Shown piece by piece: positions 1-9,921 of a DNA stretch of 64,000 nucleotides (its first letter is position 1; each line of letters starts with the position of its first letter). The stretch is from assembly GCA_944393265.1 (NCBI GenBank), contig CALXZO010000005.1, positions 4,601 through 68,600 of the forward strand, written 5' to 3'. The DNA is from an uncultured Clostridia bacterium. Lineage in GTDB: Bacteria; Bacillota; Clostridia; TANB77; UBA1234. The position numbers were made by a program, and so were the translations under genes. The notes under the pieces were generated by a model. It was given only the letters and a program-made list of their open reading frames with translations. It ran no database searches and was not told the DNA's origin.

Positions 1-72
1 TTCAATCTGCCTCAAAATTTTTCTAGTTGCATCTTCAAATTCATCCCATGACATATAATATAACTCTTGCAT
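1..72 (-). CDS. Hypothetical protein, N-terminal part only; the gene continues beyond the window start.
   Basis: There is an ATG at 70-72 on the minus strand, and the reading frame stays open to position 1 (MQELYYMSWDEFEDATRKILRQIE...). Confidence 0.3.
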   Translation of the reverse strand, partial: MQELYYMSWDEFEDATRKILRQIE

Positions 73-84
73 ACTTTTCCCCCT

Positions 85-729
85 TTATACGTCTTGTTCA
101 ATAAAGCTATATTCAATATATCCTTCTTTGTTATTTTCAATATACTTTATCTCTACTCTATCTCCGCTTTCATTATTTCCGCAATAAATTGTATTATAAT
201 CTATGGCTTCTATTTTATCATCATATTCTTTTTTTATATCGTCAGCATAATCCTCAATATCTTCCTCTTTAACCTTTATTAACGAAATTTTTATACTTGA
301 CGGTCCTATTACTATTCTATCTATCTCGCCAAAATCAGGTTTTTTTATCTTTTTTACAATCTCATTTGTATCTATCCAAACGTCTGTATATTGCAACTTA
401 TACGAAGGATAATAATAAGATGATACTTCGAAACCATATTCATTGATAGAAACATTTTCATAACCAAACAATTTATAAATTTTCTCTAATTCCTCGACGG
501 TTATGTTAGTATAATCTCTCACAAATTGTTGTTTTTCACTTGCATTCAAAACGTCAACAGTAATATCCGTTGATATATTTTCCTTCTGTTCCGTTCCCAA
601 ATTTGAATTTATAATATTTGATTTATTTTTAGGTGCATTATTATATAGCATTAAAATGACCAACAATATAATTATCAATACTACAAAAACCACAAGCAAC
701 TTTTGTAATTTTTCTCTATCATATTTCAT
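85..729 (-). CDS. Hypothetical protein with an N-terminal membrane anchor.
   Basis: The ORF is 214 aa. A hydrophobic N-terminal helix (LLVVFVVLIIILLVILML) is followed by a soluble domain. I recognise no family. Confidence 0.45.
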   Translation of the reverse strand: MKYDREKLQKLLVVFVVLIIILLVILMLYNNAPKNKSNIINSNLGTEQKENISTDITVDVLNASEKQQFVRDYTNITVEELEKIYKLFGYENVSINEYGFEVSSYYYPSYKLQYTDVWIDTNEIVKKIKKPDFGEIDRIVIGPSSIKISLIKVKEEDIEDYADDIKKEYDDKIEAIDYNTIYCGNNESGDRVEIKYIENNKEGYIEYSFIEQDV

Positions 730-741
730 ATGTCACCTCCA

Positions 742-2136
742 TTAATCATCTTCTGTCGGCTTATTCAAAATTTCTAAATCATCTTCCAACTCATTTTCTT
801 TGCTCTTATCGATTGCAATATCATTAACGAGATTTCTTAAATTTTCTATTCCTTGTGCGTCTACACCAATCATTTGAAAAGCTCTTCCCACATTATTCTT
901 AAGTTGTCCTTCAAGTTGCCTTATCATTTCGGGTGTATATCTCTCTCCATTAATAAGATAAATAACTTCTTTAATTTTTTTATCCATATAATTAATTTTT
1001 GCAGGCTCTGCTTCTTGTTCATGCAAATCTTCATCTGCATTAGGCATATCTTTAATCATATCCGTTTTTTCATTTGCCTCAATATCCAATCTTACTTCTT
1101 CTCCAATTAAATATTTATCATTTATATTATTCTCATCAAAGCTTGCAACGCACGTCACAACAGTTCCATCAATATTAATGGTTTTCTTCCTAGAAAGCAA
1201 ATCTGCCGCATCATATACAATTACACCTTTCTCGTCAAATACTTCTTCTTCCATAACAGTTCTTCCATCCCTGAGCATTTCCGTCTTTGTTCCATTTAGT
1301 ATTCCATCTTCAGAATAAGTTAAAAATCTTCTATATTTATTTTTTCCGTCCCCAGCATTTTCACGTTCTAACATTGCTTGTTTTTGTGCATTATCCAAAG
1401 CAGTTCTACATCCTTCTAACTTAGTCGCGAAACCTTCACGCCTATTGGCAAACTCTACCTCAAGCTTTTGCATCTTCTCTGTCAAGCCTTCTATTTGCAC
1501 CGCGCAAGCCTCAACAGACATATCGGTCATTTTCATACCACTACTTAATTTTCTCATAATTTCCAACTTCAATTCTTCTATTTGGAATAATATTTTATTT
1601 TTTTCTACAACATGGCGCGCAGCATCAAAGTCCATGTCATCTTTTGTCTGTTCAAGCATCGCTCTTTCTTCCAATATTTTCTTAGCGTTAGCATCCCTTT
1701 TACATAGCTCCCTTTTTTGCTCGAACATCACTTGCCTCACAGGTTCAGATTCTTTTTCGCCAGTATCAGGATCAGTATCATTCTCATTTCCATTTAATTC
1801 ACTTGATATCTCATCATATTCATCTTTTTCGTCAGCAAAGGAAGTCGATAATCTATCAATTTCTGGTCTTTTAATTTTAGTTTGACTAATGTCTCCTACA
1901 GTTGTAAGCTTTCCAGTATCAGGATCAAAAACAAGGCCTAATTCATTAGCCAAGTTATCAATCTCGTCAATTAATTCATTTAATCTTTCTACTTTACCTT
2001 GCTCACTTTCCACTAATTCTTGTTCCCTTCCTGACAATTGTTTCAAATCATTGCTTTTTAATTTATAATACTCTAAAAGTTTTCCTTCTAGTTGTGGTGT
2101 TGTTTGTATTTTTGCTTGTCTTCCCATTTCATTCAC
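742..2136 (-). CDS. Hypothetical acidic protein rich in coiled-coil sequence.
   Basis: The ORF is 464 aa, E/K/D-rich with long heptad-like stretches. I see no catalytic motifs. Confidence 0.45.
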   Translation of the reverse strand: MNEMGRQAKIQTTPQLEGKLLEYYKLKSNDLKQLSGREQELVESEQGKVERLNELIDEIDNLANELGLVFDPDTGKLTTVGDISQTKIKRPEIDRLSTSFADEKDEYDEISSELNGNENDTDPDTGEKESEPVRQVMFEQKRELCKRDANAKKILEERAMLEQTKDDMDFDAARHVVEKNKILFQIEELKLEIMRKLSSGMKMTDMSVEACAVQIEGLTEKMQKLEVEFANRREGFATKLEGCRTALDNAQKQAMLERENAGDGKNKYRRFLTYSEDGILNGTKTEMLRDGRTVMEEEVFDEKGVIVYDAADLLSRKKTINIDGTVVTCVASFDENNINDKYLIGEEVRLDIEANEKTDMIKDMPNADEDLHEQEAEPAKINYMDKKIKEVIYLINGERYTPEMIRQLEGQLKNNVGRAFQMIGVDAQGIENLRNLVNDIAIDKSKENELEDDLEILNKPTEDD

Positions 2137-2142
2137 TCCTTC

Positions 2143-2739
2143 CTATAATTCTGTCCTGTTTTCTAAAGCTTTAGCCAAAGTCACTTCATCGACGTATTCC
2201 AAATCTCCACCAATTGGAATTCCATGAGCTATCCTCGTCACTTTCAAGTTAAACGGCTTTACCAACTTGGAAATATACATTGCCGTGGCCTCTCCTTCAA
2301 CATTAGGATTAGTAGCTAAGATTAATTCTTTTACATCATTACTACCAACTCGTGTAATAAGCTCTTTAAGTTTAATATCATTTGGCCCAATACCATTCAT
2401 CGGTGAGATAACTCCATTTAGCACATGGTAAACTCCATTATACTCATGAGTTTTTTCGATTTGTGCAATGTCTCTTACATCTTCTACAACACATATCATT
2501 TCCTTATCCCTCTTAGCATTCGAACATATCTCACACGGATCTGTGTCACTAATGTTATTACATACCGAACAATATCTTAAATTTTTCTTAGCATTAACTA
2601 TTGTTTCCGCAAACTTTTCACATTCTTCAGTTGAAGAATTTAGTATATGAAACGCAAGTCTTACAGCTGTTTTATGCCCTATACTCGGCAATTTTTCAAA
2701 CTCTTCTATTAGCTTTTCAATTGAAGCACTAAAATTCAT
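2143..2739 (-). CDS. recR: Recombination protein RecR.
   Basis: The 198 aa product has an N-terminal HhH ([15 protein letters not shown]), a C4 zinc finger ([16 protein letters not shown]) and a Toprim region. The order dnaX-ybaB-recR is conserved. Confidence 0.9.
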   Translation of the reverse strand: MNFSASIEKLIEEFEKLPSIGHKTAVRLAFHILNSSTEECEKFAETIVNAKKNLRYCSVCNNISDTDPCEICSNAKRDKEMICVVEDVRDIAQIEKTHEYNGVYHVLNGVISPMNGIGPNDIKLKELITRVGSNDVKELILATNPNVEGEATAMYISKLVKPFNLKVTRIAHGIPIGGDLEYVDEVTLAKALENRTEL

Positions 2740-2771
2740 TTCTCTCCCCTTATCTTTCTGTTACCATGCAA

Positions 2772-3116
2772 TCAGAACATACCATTTAACCCTGTAGGTA
2801 CGTTAAACTTCTTCATTTCCGACTCCATCAACTCATCAACCTTATTTGTAGCTTCATTTATTGCAGTCATTATTAAATCCTCTAGCATCTCAACATCTTC
2901 TTTATCAACAACTTCAGGTTTAATTTTGATAGACTTAACAACTTTTTTCCCTGTCATTACAACAGTGACTGCACCACCACCACTAGTTACTTCGAACTCC
3001 TTACTCTCCATTTCCTCCTGAGTTTTCATCATATCTGCTTGTAACTTTTGTGCCTGCTTTAATAGCTGATTCATATTGCCTCCACCCATACCTGGATATC
3101 CACGAAATTTTGACAT
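2772..3116 (-). CDS. ybaB: Nucleoid-associated protein of the YbaB/EbfC family.
   Basis: The ORF is 114 aa and sits between dnaX and recR. The N-terminus (MGGGNMNQLLKQAQKLQADMMKTQEE) is typical of YbaB. Confidence 0.9.
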   Translation of the reverse strand: MSKFRGYPGMGGGNMNQLLKQAQKLQADMMKTQEEMESKEFEVTSGGGAVTVVMTGKKVVKSIKIKPEVVDKEDVEMLEDLIMTAINEATNKVDELMESEMKKFNVPTGLNGMF

Positions 3117-3137
3117 CTTACAATCTTCCTTTCTTTT

Positions 3138-4523
3138 TTAATTATTAAAAACATATTTTATTTTAATATCTTTATCCATAACATTTCTGACAACCTCTTT
3201 TATAATGCCCTTACTCTCATCTTTTTGCATATACTGCTTATTAACATCATCTAGCGACTGGCTAAATATAATATGTATTAACTCATCATCCACTTGTTTT
3301 ATTTCTGAATTAAGCAAAATAGCATGCATTATCATTCTCTTATTTTCTTTCAAGGCGCTCAATACTCTTGATTTTAGCGAATCTTCTGCCTCTTTCTGTT
3401 TTAATATATTTGTAGTCTCAGGTTTTTCTTCGCTTTCTTTTTTAGTGCCTCGCATTGAAATCCTTATAAGCCCAGTCTCAAAAATAACCTCTTTGTCTGT
3501 TGCCCACTTCATACTATTTTGAAGCTCAGATAAATCTGTAATCATGTTAAGTATAACATCTTTATTTAACGTTCTAGCTAAATCTTTCATCCTTACCAAA
3601 TCATCCTCTTTATAAGCCACTAAATCGTCTGATACTTGCAACATAACTAAATCTCTCATAAATTTAACAACTTCCCAGACAAATATCTCTAAATTTTTTC
3701 CTTCATTAATAATCTTCTCAGCATCTTTTAAAACCTCTACTCTATCGTTCAAAAGTAAATGTGTCGCTATTTCCATTAAATAATCAAACTCAGGTATACC
3801 AACAATTTCTCGTACCCTATCTTCTAAAATTTTGTCTTCTCCAACCGAAACACATCTTTCCAAAATACTTATCGCATCTCGCATGGCTCCATCTGACATC
3901 TTAGCAATAATCTTTAAAGCACCATCTTCTATGTCAATATTAGACTCATTGCATATAATCTTTAATCTTTTAATTATGTTATCTACTGATATCCTTTTAA
4001 AATCAAATCTTTGACATCTAGAAAGGATCGTCACCGGGAGCTTTTGCGGTTCTGTAGTTGCCAAAATAAATATTACATGTTTCGGTGGTTCCTCTAAGGT
4101 TTTCAAAAGGGCATTAAATGCACCAGTTGACAACATATGAACCTCGTCAATTATATATACGCGATACTTCGCATTAGTCGGTATAAATTCAACTTCCTCT
4201 CTTATATCCCTAATATTATCAACACCATTATTAGAAGCAGCATCTATTTCTGTAATATCTATAAGACCATTTTCCAAAGCCTGCTTGCAAATTTCACACT
4301 CATTACACGGTTCACCATTCTTAGGATTCAAACAATTAACAGCACGGGCCAAAATTTTTGCCGTACTAGTTTTGCCGCTTCCACGACCACCACTAAACAA
4401 GTACGCATGAGCTACTCTATCATTTTTTATTTGATTTTTGAGTGTAGTCGTTATGTATTCTTGCCCCACAATCTCTTCAAAAGTTTTAGGCCTAAATCTT
4501 CTATATAAGGCAACATACGCCAT
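3138..4523 (-). CDS. dnaX: DNA polymerase III subunit gamma/tau.
   Basis: The ORF is 461 aa. It has a Walker A motif (GGRGSGKTSTAKILA), a zinc module (CNECEIC) and an SRC box (LSRCQRFDF). Confidence 0.9.
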   Translation of the reverse strand: MAYVALYRRFRPKTFEEIVGQEYITTTLKNQIKNDRVAHAYLFSGGRGSGKTSTAKILARAVNCLNPKNGEPCNECEICKQALENGLIDITEIDAASNNGVDNIRDIREEVEFIPTNAKYRVYIIDEVHMLSTGAFNALLKTLEEPPKHVIFILATTEPQKLPVTILSRCQRFDFKRISVDNIIKRLKIICNESNIDIEDGALKIIAKMSDGAMRDAISILERCVSVGEDKILEDRVREIVGIPEFDYLMEIATHLLLNDRVEVLKDAEKIINEGKNLEIFVWEVVKFMRDLVMLQVSDDLVAYKEDDLVRMKDLARTLNKDVILNMITDLSELQNSMKWATDKEVIFETGLIRISMRGTKKESEEKPETTNILKQKEAEDSLKSRVLSALKENKRMIMHAILLNSEIKQVDDELIHIIFSQSLDDVNKQYMQKDESKGIIKEVVRNVMDKDIKIKYVFNN

Positions 4524-4559
4524 TTACTACTCACCGCCCCTTAAAAATTTTATAGCAAT

Positions 4560-4695
4560 AAAATGCCGTGAAATATACTTGTATGAATGGTGTTACACAT
4601 AAAAAAATCTACTTATTGCTGCTTCCTTCCGGACCTGACAAGGTTCATAGCCTTCTATTGTACACCATTCATACAAATATACCCCACGGCATTAT
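4560..4695 (-). ncRNA. ffs: Signal recognition particle RNA, small 4.5S-like type.
   Basis: The minus strand carries the conserved domain IV motif GUCAGGUCCGGAAGGAAGCAGC, which is the reverse complement of 4618-4643. The 5' and 3' arms pair over a long stretch (aatgccgtg...cacggcatt). It sits immediately upstream of dnaX, the usual ffs-dnaX arrangement. Confidence 0.65.
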
Positions 4696-4915
4696 TATAC
4701 ACTTATTCTCTCTTTTAGACAAGGCAATTATATCACAATATTTATAAAATGTAAATATTAAAGAATAGCGTTTCAAAAAATTTACAATTAAAGGAGATAA
4801 TGATATCGTTACATTTATATTTAACAAATTCAAACTGTCCTTTTATTGATGAAATATTATAACCTCAATTACTCTACTCTCGTGATATTCTCTGCTTGTT
4901 CGTAACATGTTGATT

Positions 4916-6067
4916 TTATATTTTAGCAAACCTCGCTTTAAACCTATTCCACGCCCTCTTTATCTTACTAATGATATTATTTTTATAAATAGCAACTGCC
5001 AATTTTTCCTTCTTGCTATCCATGTAATCAATATAATATTCCTTTGCATCCAAAGGTGTTACTATAATTGAATCTTCTATGTAAAATACTCCTTGTTCAT
5101 CATATGTTATTTTCAAAGTATAATTACTTTCCTTAGAAATAGTTATTATCCAATCAATCAAGTCTTTATTTTTTATTATGTTTATGTACGAAGCCACATT
5201 GTCTTCAAACTCTTTTTTTATGTTAGGATCAACCTTTGCATTATATATTTCACTTATTATATCTTTTTTATCTCTTGTATTTATTACATTTCTAAAAAAG
5301 TGATACGCATCTATTATCTTAGCTTGAAGAGTATTAGCCGTATCTTCATCATGTATTAATATATCTGTTTTATCTACAGTTATTTCATTATCCAACATTA
5401 TGAATTTGCAATCAAAGAAAGTTAAAATATTACTTATAGTTGCAAGCATCCTTTTGTCTTTTCCCAATTTTGCAATAGTTTCATAGTGATATTGTAATTC
5501 ATTTTTATCTATTTTTACGGCTTTGTAAAAGTCATTAACATCTAAAAGCTCATCATAAATCTTTTGTGCTTCTTCAACATTTTTAAGACTCCTATTTATG
5601 TTTTCTAGCCTGAACTCATTTTCCTTAACATGCTTTAAGTAAACACCGCATTTATAAAACTTATTTATCTTTAATATCTCTTTTATATATTCTTTATTAG
5701 GAATATATTGTACCTTAACAAAATATTTAATAGGTTCTTTTGTTATTAAATATCTAACATATTGTCTTATCTCTAATTCGCCAACGTTTGCTATATACCT
5801 TTTTTCGCCATCATTAAAATAAAATAAGCAAACACTTTTAGAAAGCACCTCTAACAAAGTATCATATACACCTGCATTTGAAGGCAAATTTGCTTTAAAT
5901 AGCAGCACATAAATATCCATCCAGCTTGGTTCATAAAGATTGTTATCAAGAACTCCTGTAAGCTTAGAAAAGTCTAGTTCTACATATTCATAATTCATTA
6001 AGCTAAGTAGCTTCCTTTTTTCTTCTCTAAGTAAATTGCTATTCACAACGCCTTCACCACCCTTCAT
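4916..6067 (-). CDS. Hypothetical protein, very AT-rich orphan.
   Basis: The ORF is 383 aa with no recognisable motifs. It is flanked by about 390 bp and 480 bp of AT-rich intergenic DNA. Confidence 0.4.
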   Translation of the reverse strand: MKGGEGVVNSNLLREEKRKLLSLMNYEYVELDFSKLTGVLDNNLYEPSWMDIYVLLFKANLPSNAGVYDTLLEVLSKSVCLFYFNDGEKRYIANVGELEIRQYVRYLITKEPIKYFVKVQYIPNKEYIKEILKINKFYKCGVYLKHVKENEFRLENINRSLKNVEEAQKIYDELLDVNDFYKAVKIDKNELQYHYETIAKLGKDKRMLATISNILTFFDCKFIMLDNEITVDKTDILIHDEDTANTLQAKIIDAYHFFRNVINTRDKKDIISEIYNAKVDPNIKKEFEDNVASYINIIKNKDLIDWIITISKESNYTLKITYDEQGVFYIEDSIIVTPLDAKEYYIDYMDSKKEKLAVAIYKNNIISKIKRAWNRFKARFAKI

Positions 6068-6449
6068 AGGTAAATTATATTACATCAAAAATAAAATTAC
6101 TAGTAAAAAAAATATATATTTATATAAAAAATATAATACACCTAACTAAAAATATTTTTTATTCATATGACCATATGTTTATTACAACGTTTCATATATT
6201 TCAGTTTAATAAATATTTTTATCCTCAGTAAAAATATTTACTTATAAAGTTACGTTAATAAAAAATGTAATATAATTTTCCTTATTATGCAAATATAACC
6301 TATTTCAAAAATTTTTTTGTAAAAAAATAATTAAATTTGTTTTTAAATGTTGTTTCGTGATATTTTTTATTTGCAACGGTTACAATAATTCGTTAGCTAA
6401 TAGTTAATAACCTAACTATATATTTTTTAAAAAAAATATCATTTTCCTA

Positions 6450-6478
6450 TTGCAAAAAATAGCGAAATTAGTTATATT
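6450..6478 (+). promoter_or_regulatory. SigA-type promoter for the KAAK-repeat protein gene.
   Basis: A -35 TTGCAA box at 6450-6455 and a -10 TATATT box at 6473-6478 are separated by 17 bp. A strong RBS (AAGGGGGG) lies at 6537-6545. Confidence 0.5.
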
Positions 6479-6552
6479 CTAATTATAGTATTGAACTTCA
6501 TGATTAAATATAAAGCTTACTAAAGTTTTACTAAAGAAGGGGGGCTAATAAC

Positions 6553-6804
6553 ATGCCAGTAGCAAAAAAAGCTGTTGCTAAAAAGCCAGCTGCTAAACCA
6601 GCTGCTAAAAAAGCCGTTGCTAAAAAGCCGGCTGCTAAACCAGCTGCTAAAAAGGCTGTTGCTAAAAAGCCAGCTGCTAAACCAGCTGCTAAAAAGGCTG
6701 TTGCTAAAAAGCCAGCTACTAAACCAGTAGCTAAAAAAGCAGCTGCTAAAAAAACAGTAGCTAAAAAAGTAGTTACTAAAAAAGCTGTTGCTAAAAAGAA
6801 ATAG
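6553..6804 (+). CDS. Lys/Ala/Pro-rich tandem-repeat basic protein (KAAK/PAAK repeats), resembling histone H1 and probably DNA-binding.
   Basis: The 83 aa product consists of repeats of AKKAVAKKPAAKPA, encoded by a 48-bp DNA tandem repeat of about 3.5 copies. The RBS and ATG are good. The two antisense ORFs over the same repeat are artefacts. Confidence 0.6.
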   Translation: MPVAKKAVAKKPAAKPAAKKAVAKKPAAKPAAKKAVAKKPAAKPAAKKAVAKKPATKPVAKKAAAKKTVAKKVVTKKAVAKKK

Positions 6805-6833
6805 CACAAGGGAGACTAAAAGTCTCTAAAAGA

Positions 6834-6873
6834 AATGAACTTTGAATCAATAATGATTCAAAGTTCATTTTTA
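6834..6873 (+). terminator. Rho-independent terminator.
   Basis: A 15-bp perfect stem (atgaactttgaatca / tgattcaaagttcat) is followed by a T-run. Confidence 0.7.
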
Positions 6874-6919
6874 ACACTAAGATTTTTTATAAATAATAAT
6901 TAATTTCTTTAACACAAAA

Positions 6920-7414
6920 CTAGTGATTAGTGCTATTTCTATTTTTCACATTATTCAATATCTTTTCAAGATATTCTTCCAGTTTTTTAACATCTTTTTT
7001 AGAAAATCCCTTATATTTCTTGTCTTCAAAACTTTTCAAAATTCTTTTGCACTGAGTTGCAACTTTTTTTCCTTCTGGTGTTATAAACACTCTTTTATAT
7101 TTTAAATTATTTTCATCCACAAGCTTTGATATATACTCCAAGGTCTCTAACTTACGTAATCTCTCACTCATGGACGAATATTTTATATTAAATATCTCGG
7201 CAAGTTCATTTTGCGTAGCACCATCATTTTCTTTAATTACAGTCAACAGTTTTGCTTGTCCTTTGACCAAATTGTATTTTTCTAGTTTTATATCAACTTC
7301 ATGATATTCTGCTTGTGATATTTCCTTTAAATATTCATATATATTCTTCATTTTTCCCTCCTTATATGTAACAATTAGTATCCTAATTATATTTATGCTT
7401 TTAACAAGTGTCAA
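6920..7414 (-). CDS. MarR-family transcriptional regulator.
   Basis: The ORF is 164 aa with a winged-helix region (LSMSERLRKLETLEYISK...KRVFITPEGKK). Confidence 0.75.
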   Translation of the reverse strand: MTLVKSINIIRILIVTYKEGKMKNIYEYLKEISQAEYHEVDIKLEKYNLVKGQAKLLTVIKENDGATQNELAEIFNIKYSSMSERLRKLETLEYISKLVDENNLKYKRVFITPEGKKVATQCKRILKSFEDKKYKGFSKKDVKKLEEYLEKILNNVKNRNSTNH

Positions 7415-7421
7415 TGAGACT

Positions 7422-7892
7422 TTATACTTTTTTCTTCATTTTTCTCAATTCTGCAAAAAAATCTTGTAAGATTTTTTTCGACTCAGTTTCACATATTCCA
7501 GTATGTACCTCAACAGTATGGTTAAATTTTATATTTTCTAACAAATTGATTTTTGACCCAACTGCCCCAGTTTTAGGCTCCATTGCTCCTATATATAATT
7601 TACTAATACGTGCATTTATTATAGCCCCAGCGCACATAGCACAAGGCTCTAATGTAACATACATATCGCACCCCTCTAGTCTCCAAGCATCAAGTTTGCG
7701 ACAAGCTTTCACAATCGCTAAAATTTCCGCATGAGCGCACGCCTGTTTTTTTGTTTCTCTTAAGTTGTGTGCGCGTGAAATTATTTTGTTGTCTTTTACT
7801 ATTACCGCACCTATAGGAACCTCTTCTTTTTCATAAGCTTTTCTAGCTTCTTTCAACGCTTCTTTCATATATTTTTCATGCATAAATTGCAC
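7422..7892 (-). CDS. tadA: tRNA-specific adenosine deaminase.
   Basis: The ORF is 156 aa with the zinc motifs HAEILAI and PCAMCAGAI. Confidence 0.9.
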   Translation of the reverse strand: MQFMHEKYMKEALKEARKAYEKEEVPIGAVIVKDNKIISRAHNLRETKKQACAHAEILAIVKACRKLDAWRLEGCDMYVTLEPCAMCAGAIINARISKLYIGAMEPKTGAVGSKINLLENIKFNHTVEVHTGICETESKKILQDFFAELRKMKKKV

Positions 7893-7960
7893 CCCTTAAA
7901 AAAATAAAGCTAGAAGTTAGTAAAAACCTAATTTCCAGCCTCTTCCATATGCCAAATCCT

Positions 7961-8037
7961 TGGCGCGCCCGAAGGGAGTCGAACCCCCAACCGCTCGGTT
8001 CGTAGCCGAGTACTCTATCCAATTGAGCTACGGGCAC
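7961..8037 (-). tRNA. tRNA-Arg with anticodon ACG.
   Basis: The reverse complement is GTGCCCGTAGCTCAATTGGATAGAGTACTCGGCTACGAACCGAGCGGTTGGGGGTTCGACTCCCTTCGGGCGCGCCA. The anticodon loop is CUACGAA and a CCA end is encoded. Confidence 0.9.
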
Positions 8038-8339
8038 ATAACGTATATCAGGCTTTATGCCTACCATACAAGTACATATTATATAAGAAATGCACAAAAA
8101 ATCAATAGTTTTTTGATTAAAAAGAGTAAATATAGCGGAGTTTTTGCCTGTGCAGTTTGAGTCTATTACTCTGAACGGATTGCTTTTAAGAAGTATCCCA
8201 CAAATTTAAAACATACACAAAGACAAGCTTGACAAAATAGCTAATAATGGACCAAGATAAATTTCTGTATATTTTTAACGCTATTTTCTGTTTTGTATCT
8301 ATATAGACAAAACTCCTTCCACGTGTCTACATTCCCCTC

Positions 8340-8368
8340 TTGAAATTATATTCTTATTGTACTATAAT
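8340..8368 (+). promoter_or_regulatory. Promoter for tRNA-Arg(CCU).
   Basis: A -35 TTGAAA box at 8340-8345 and a -10 TATAAT box at 8363-8368 are separated by 17 bp, about 11 nt upstream of the tRNA 5' end. Confidence 0.6.
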
Positions 8369-8379
8369 GCTTATGTAAT

Positions 8380-8456
8380 GCATCCGTAGCTCAGCAGGAT
8401 AGAGCGCTCCCCTCCTAAGGGAGAGGTCGGACGTTCGAATCGTCTCGGATGCGCCA
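8380..8456 (+). tRNA. tRNA-Arg with anticodon CCU.
   Basis: The sequence is GCATCCGTAGCTCAGCAGGATAGAGCGCTCCCCTCCTAAGGGAGAGGTCGGACGTTCGAATCGTCTCGGATGCGCCA. The anticodon loop is CUCCUAA. Confidence 0.9.
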
Positions 8457-8557
8457 TTTCAATGTGTACGGAGTTTTTTAATACATTTCTCAAAGTCAAT
8501 TACTATAAAACTTTTAACAACAAGAGAATGTGTTAGAAAACTCCGTACGTGTTATAT

Positions 8558-9709
8558 CTATTTCGCTATTAATTTAACCCCTATATCTAGTTCTTCTTGT
8601 CCTCTTCTGATTTTTAGCATTACCGTATCTCCTACATCTTTGCTATATATATATTCTCTTAATTCTGTCATTTTGTTTATCTCTCTATTATCTATTTGAG
8701 TTATAATATCGCCTTCTTTTATCCCTGCTTTTTCACTTGGTCCTCCTTTACTGACAGTCGCTACATAAATACCACTTTCTATGTCTAAATTGGAATCAAT
8801 ATATTTTATTACTTCTTTATCATACGCGTATATTCCAAGATATCCTTCTTTAAATTCTCCCTCGTCTTCTAATTTTTCTATTATAGGTTTTACTATGTTT
8901 ATTGGAACAGCAAATCCTATTCCTTCTGCATCTGTTATCTTTACAGTATTTATACCAATAATCTCTCCACTTTTATTTACAAGCGGTCCTCCACTATTAC
9001 CAGGATTTATACTTGCGTCCGTTTGTATAAGCCCTTCCATAAACACTTTTTCGCCATCCTCTTCAAACAAAAACGTCCTATTCAATCCGCTTATTATACC
9101 TTTTGTTGTAGTCCCCTGAAACTCCACTCCTAATGGATTTCCAATGGCAATAACATCCTCTCCAATTTGAATATATTCGGAATCACCCAAAGTGGCAACA
9201 TCTAAGTTTCTTTCATTTACTCTAATTATAGCTACATCGATATTTTCTTCTGCCCATATTACTGTTCCTTGTATACTTTTCCCATCGTGCAATGTTACTA
9301 CAATTCTTGCTCCAACATTTTGTGCCAAGTGTTGATTAGTCAATATATACCCCTTTTCACTCACAATAATACCAGTTCCTAATCCCCACTTTTGAGTTGC
9401 ATTAATATCAAAAATGCTCTGATTATCTGGCTGAAGTAAGCTTATTCCGACTGTCGCCTTCTTTACCGCCTCAATTACATTTGGTATATCATTCGTAGAC
9501 GAATAATTTGTATTATCATATGAATAGCTGTTATTTGAACTTAGCCTTGTGGCCGCATAATTTTCTCTCTCATTTCCTAACAAAATAATTATATTTTCCA
9601 CTACTAAAACTGTTATAAGAATCGCTAACACTGCTGTATAAAACACCTTTCTGCCATCCTTTTTCTTGTTGTCATTATAGGAATATATATACATTACTAG
9701 CACCTCCAA
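8558..9709 (-). CDS. htrA: HtrA/DegP-family serine protease with a PDZ domain and a membrane anchor.
   Basis: The ORF is 383 aa. It carries the catalytic GNSGGPLVN motif, the His and Asp triad regions, and a C-terminal PDZ domain (GIYVATVSKGGPSEKAGIKEGDIIT). Confidence 0.9.
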   Translation of the reverse strand: MEVLVMYIYSYNDNKKKDGRKVFYTAVLAILITVLVVENIIILLGNERENYAATRLSSNNSYSYDNTNYSSTNDIPNVIEAVKKATVGISLLQPDNQSIFDINATQKWGLGTGIIVSEKGYILTNQHLAQNVGARIVVTLHDGKSIQGTVIWAEENIDVAIIRVNERNLDVATLGDSEYIQIGEDVIAIGNPLGVEFQGTTTKGIISGLNRTFLFEEDGEKVFMEGLIQTDASINPGNSGGPLVNKSGEIIGINTVKITDAEGIGFAVPINIVKPIIEKLEDEGEFKEGYLGIYAYDKEVIKYIDSNLDIESGIYVATVSKGGPSEKAGIKEGDIITQIDNREINKMTELREYIYSKDVGDTVMLKIRRGQEELDIGVKLIAK

Positions 9710-9921
9710 ATTTAATATTAATAACTATTTTTTCCATTAACCGTTTTGTATATTCCTATAATTTTTTTGTTTTTTAGTTTTGTTTGCATTTAACAAATAA
9801 ATAAAAACATATTTTTATTGTTTTTTGTTTAATTTTAATGTATTATGGGTGTATGATGTTGAGTTATATTAGATGATCTTAATGTCTTAGAAATTTTAAG
9901 AAGATTAAGAGGTAGTTATTT

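Noticed and set aside
6553-6804. Tandem DNA repeat as a possible CRISPR or minisatellite.
   Set aside because: The repeats are contiguous with no spacers, and they are in frame and coding. This is not a CRISPR array.
6520-6809. Two minus-strand ORFs of 95 aa and 92 aa overlapping the KAAK gene.
   Set aside because: They are translation artefacts of the tandem repeat. They are antisense reading frames with no RBS. The plus-strand gene has a promoter, an RBS and a terminator.
7876-8160. ORFs 7876..8097 (-) and 7960..8160 (+).
   Set aside because: They overlap the tRNA-Arg(ACG) gene and its flanks, so they are spurious.
8466-8551. Long-range inverted repeat (gtacggagtttttt … aaaactccgtac) after tRNA-Arg(CCU).
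   Set aside because: The arms are about 55 nt apart and there is no compact hairpin before the T-run. It may be a weak terminator, but it is not convincing.
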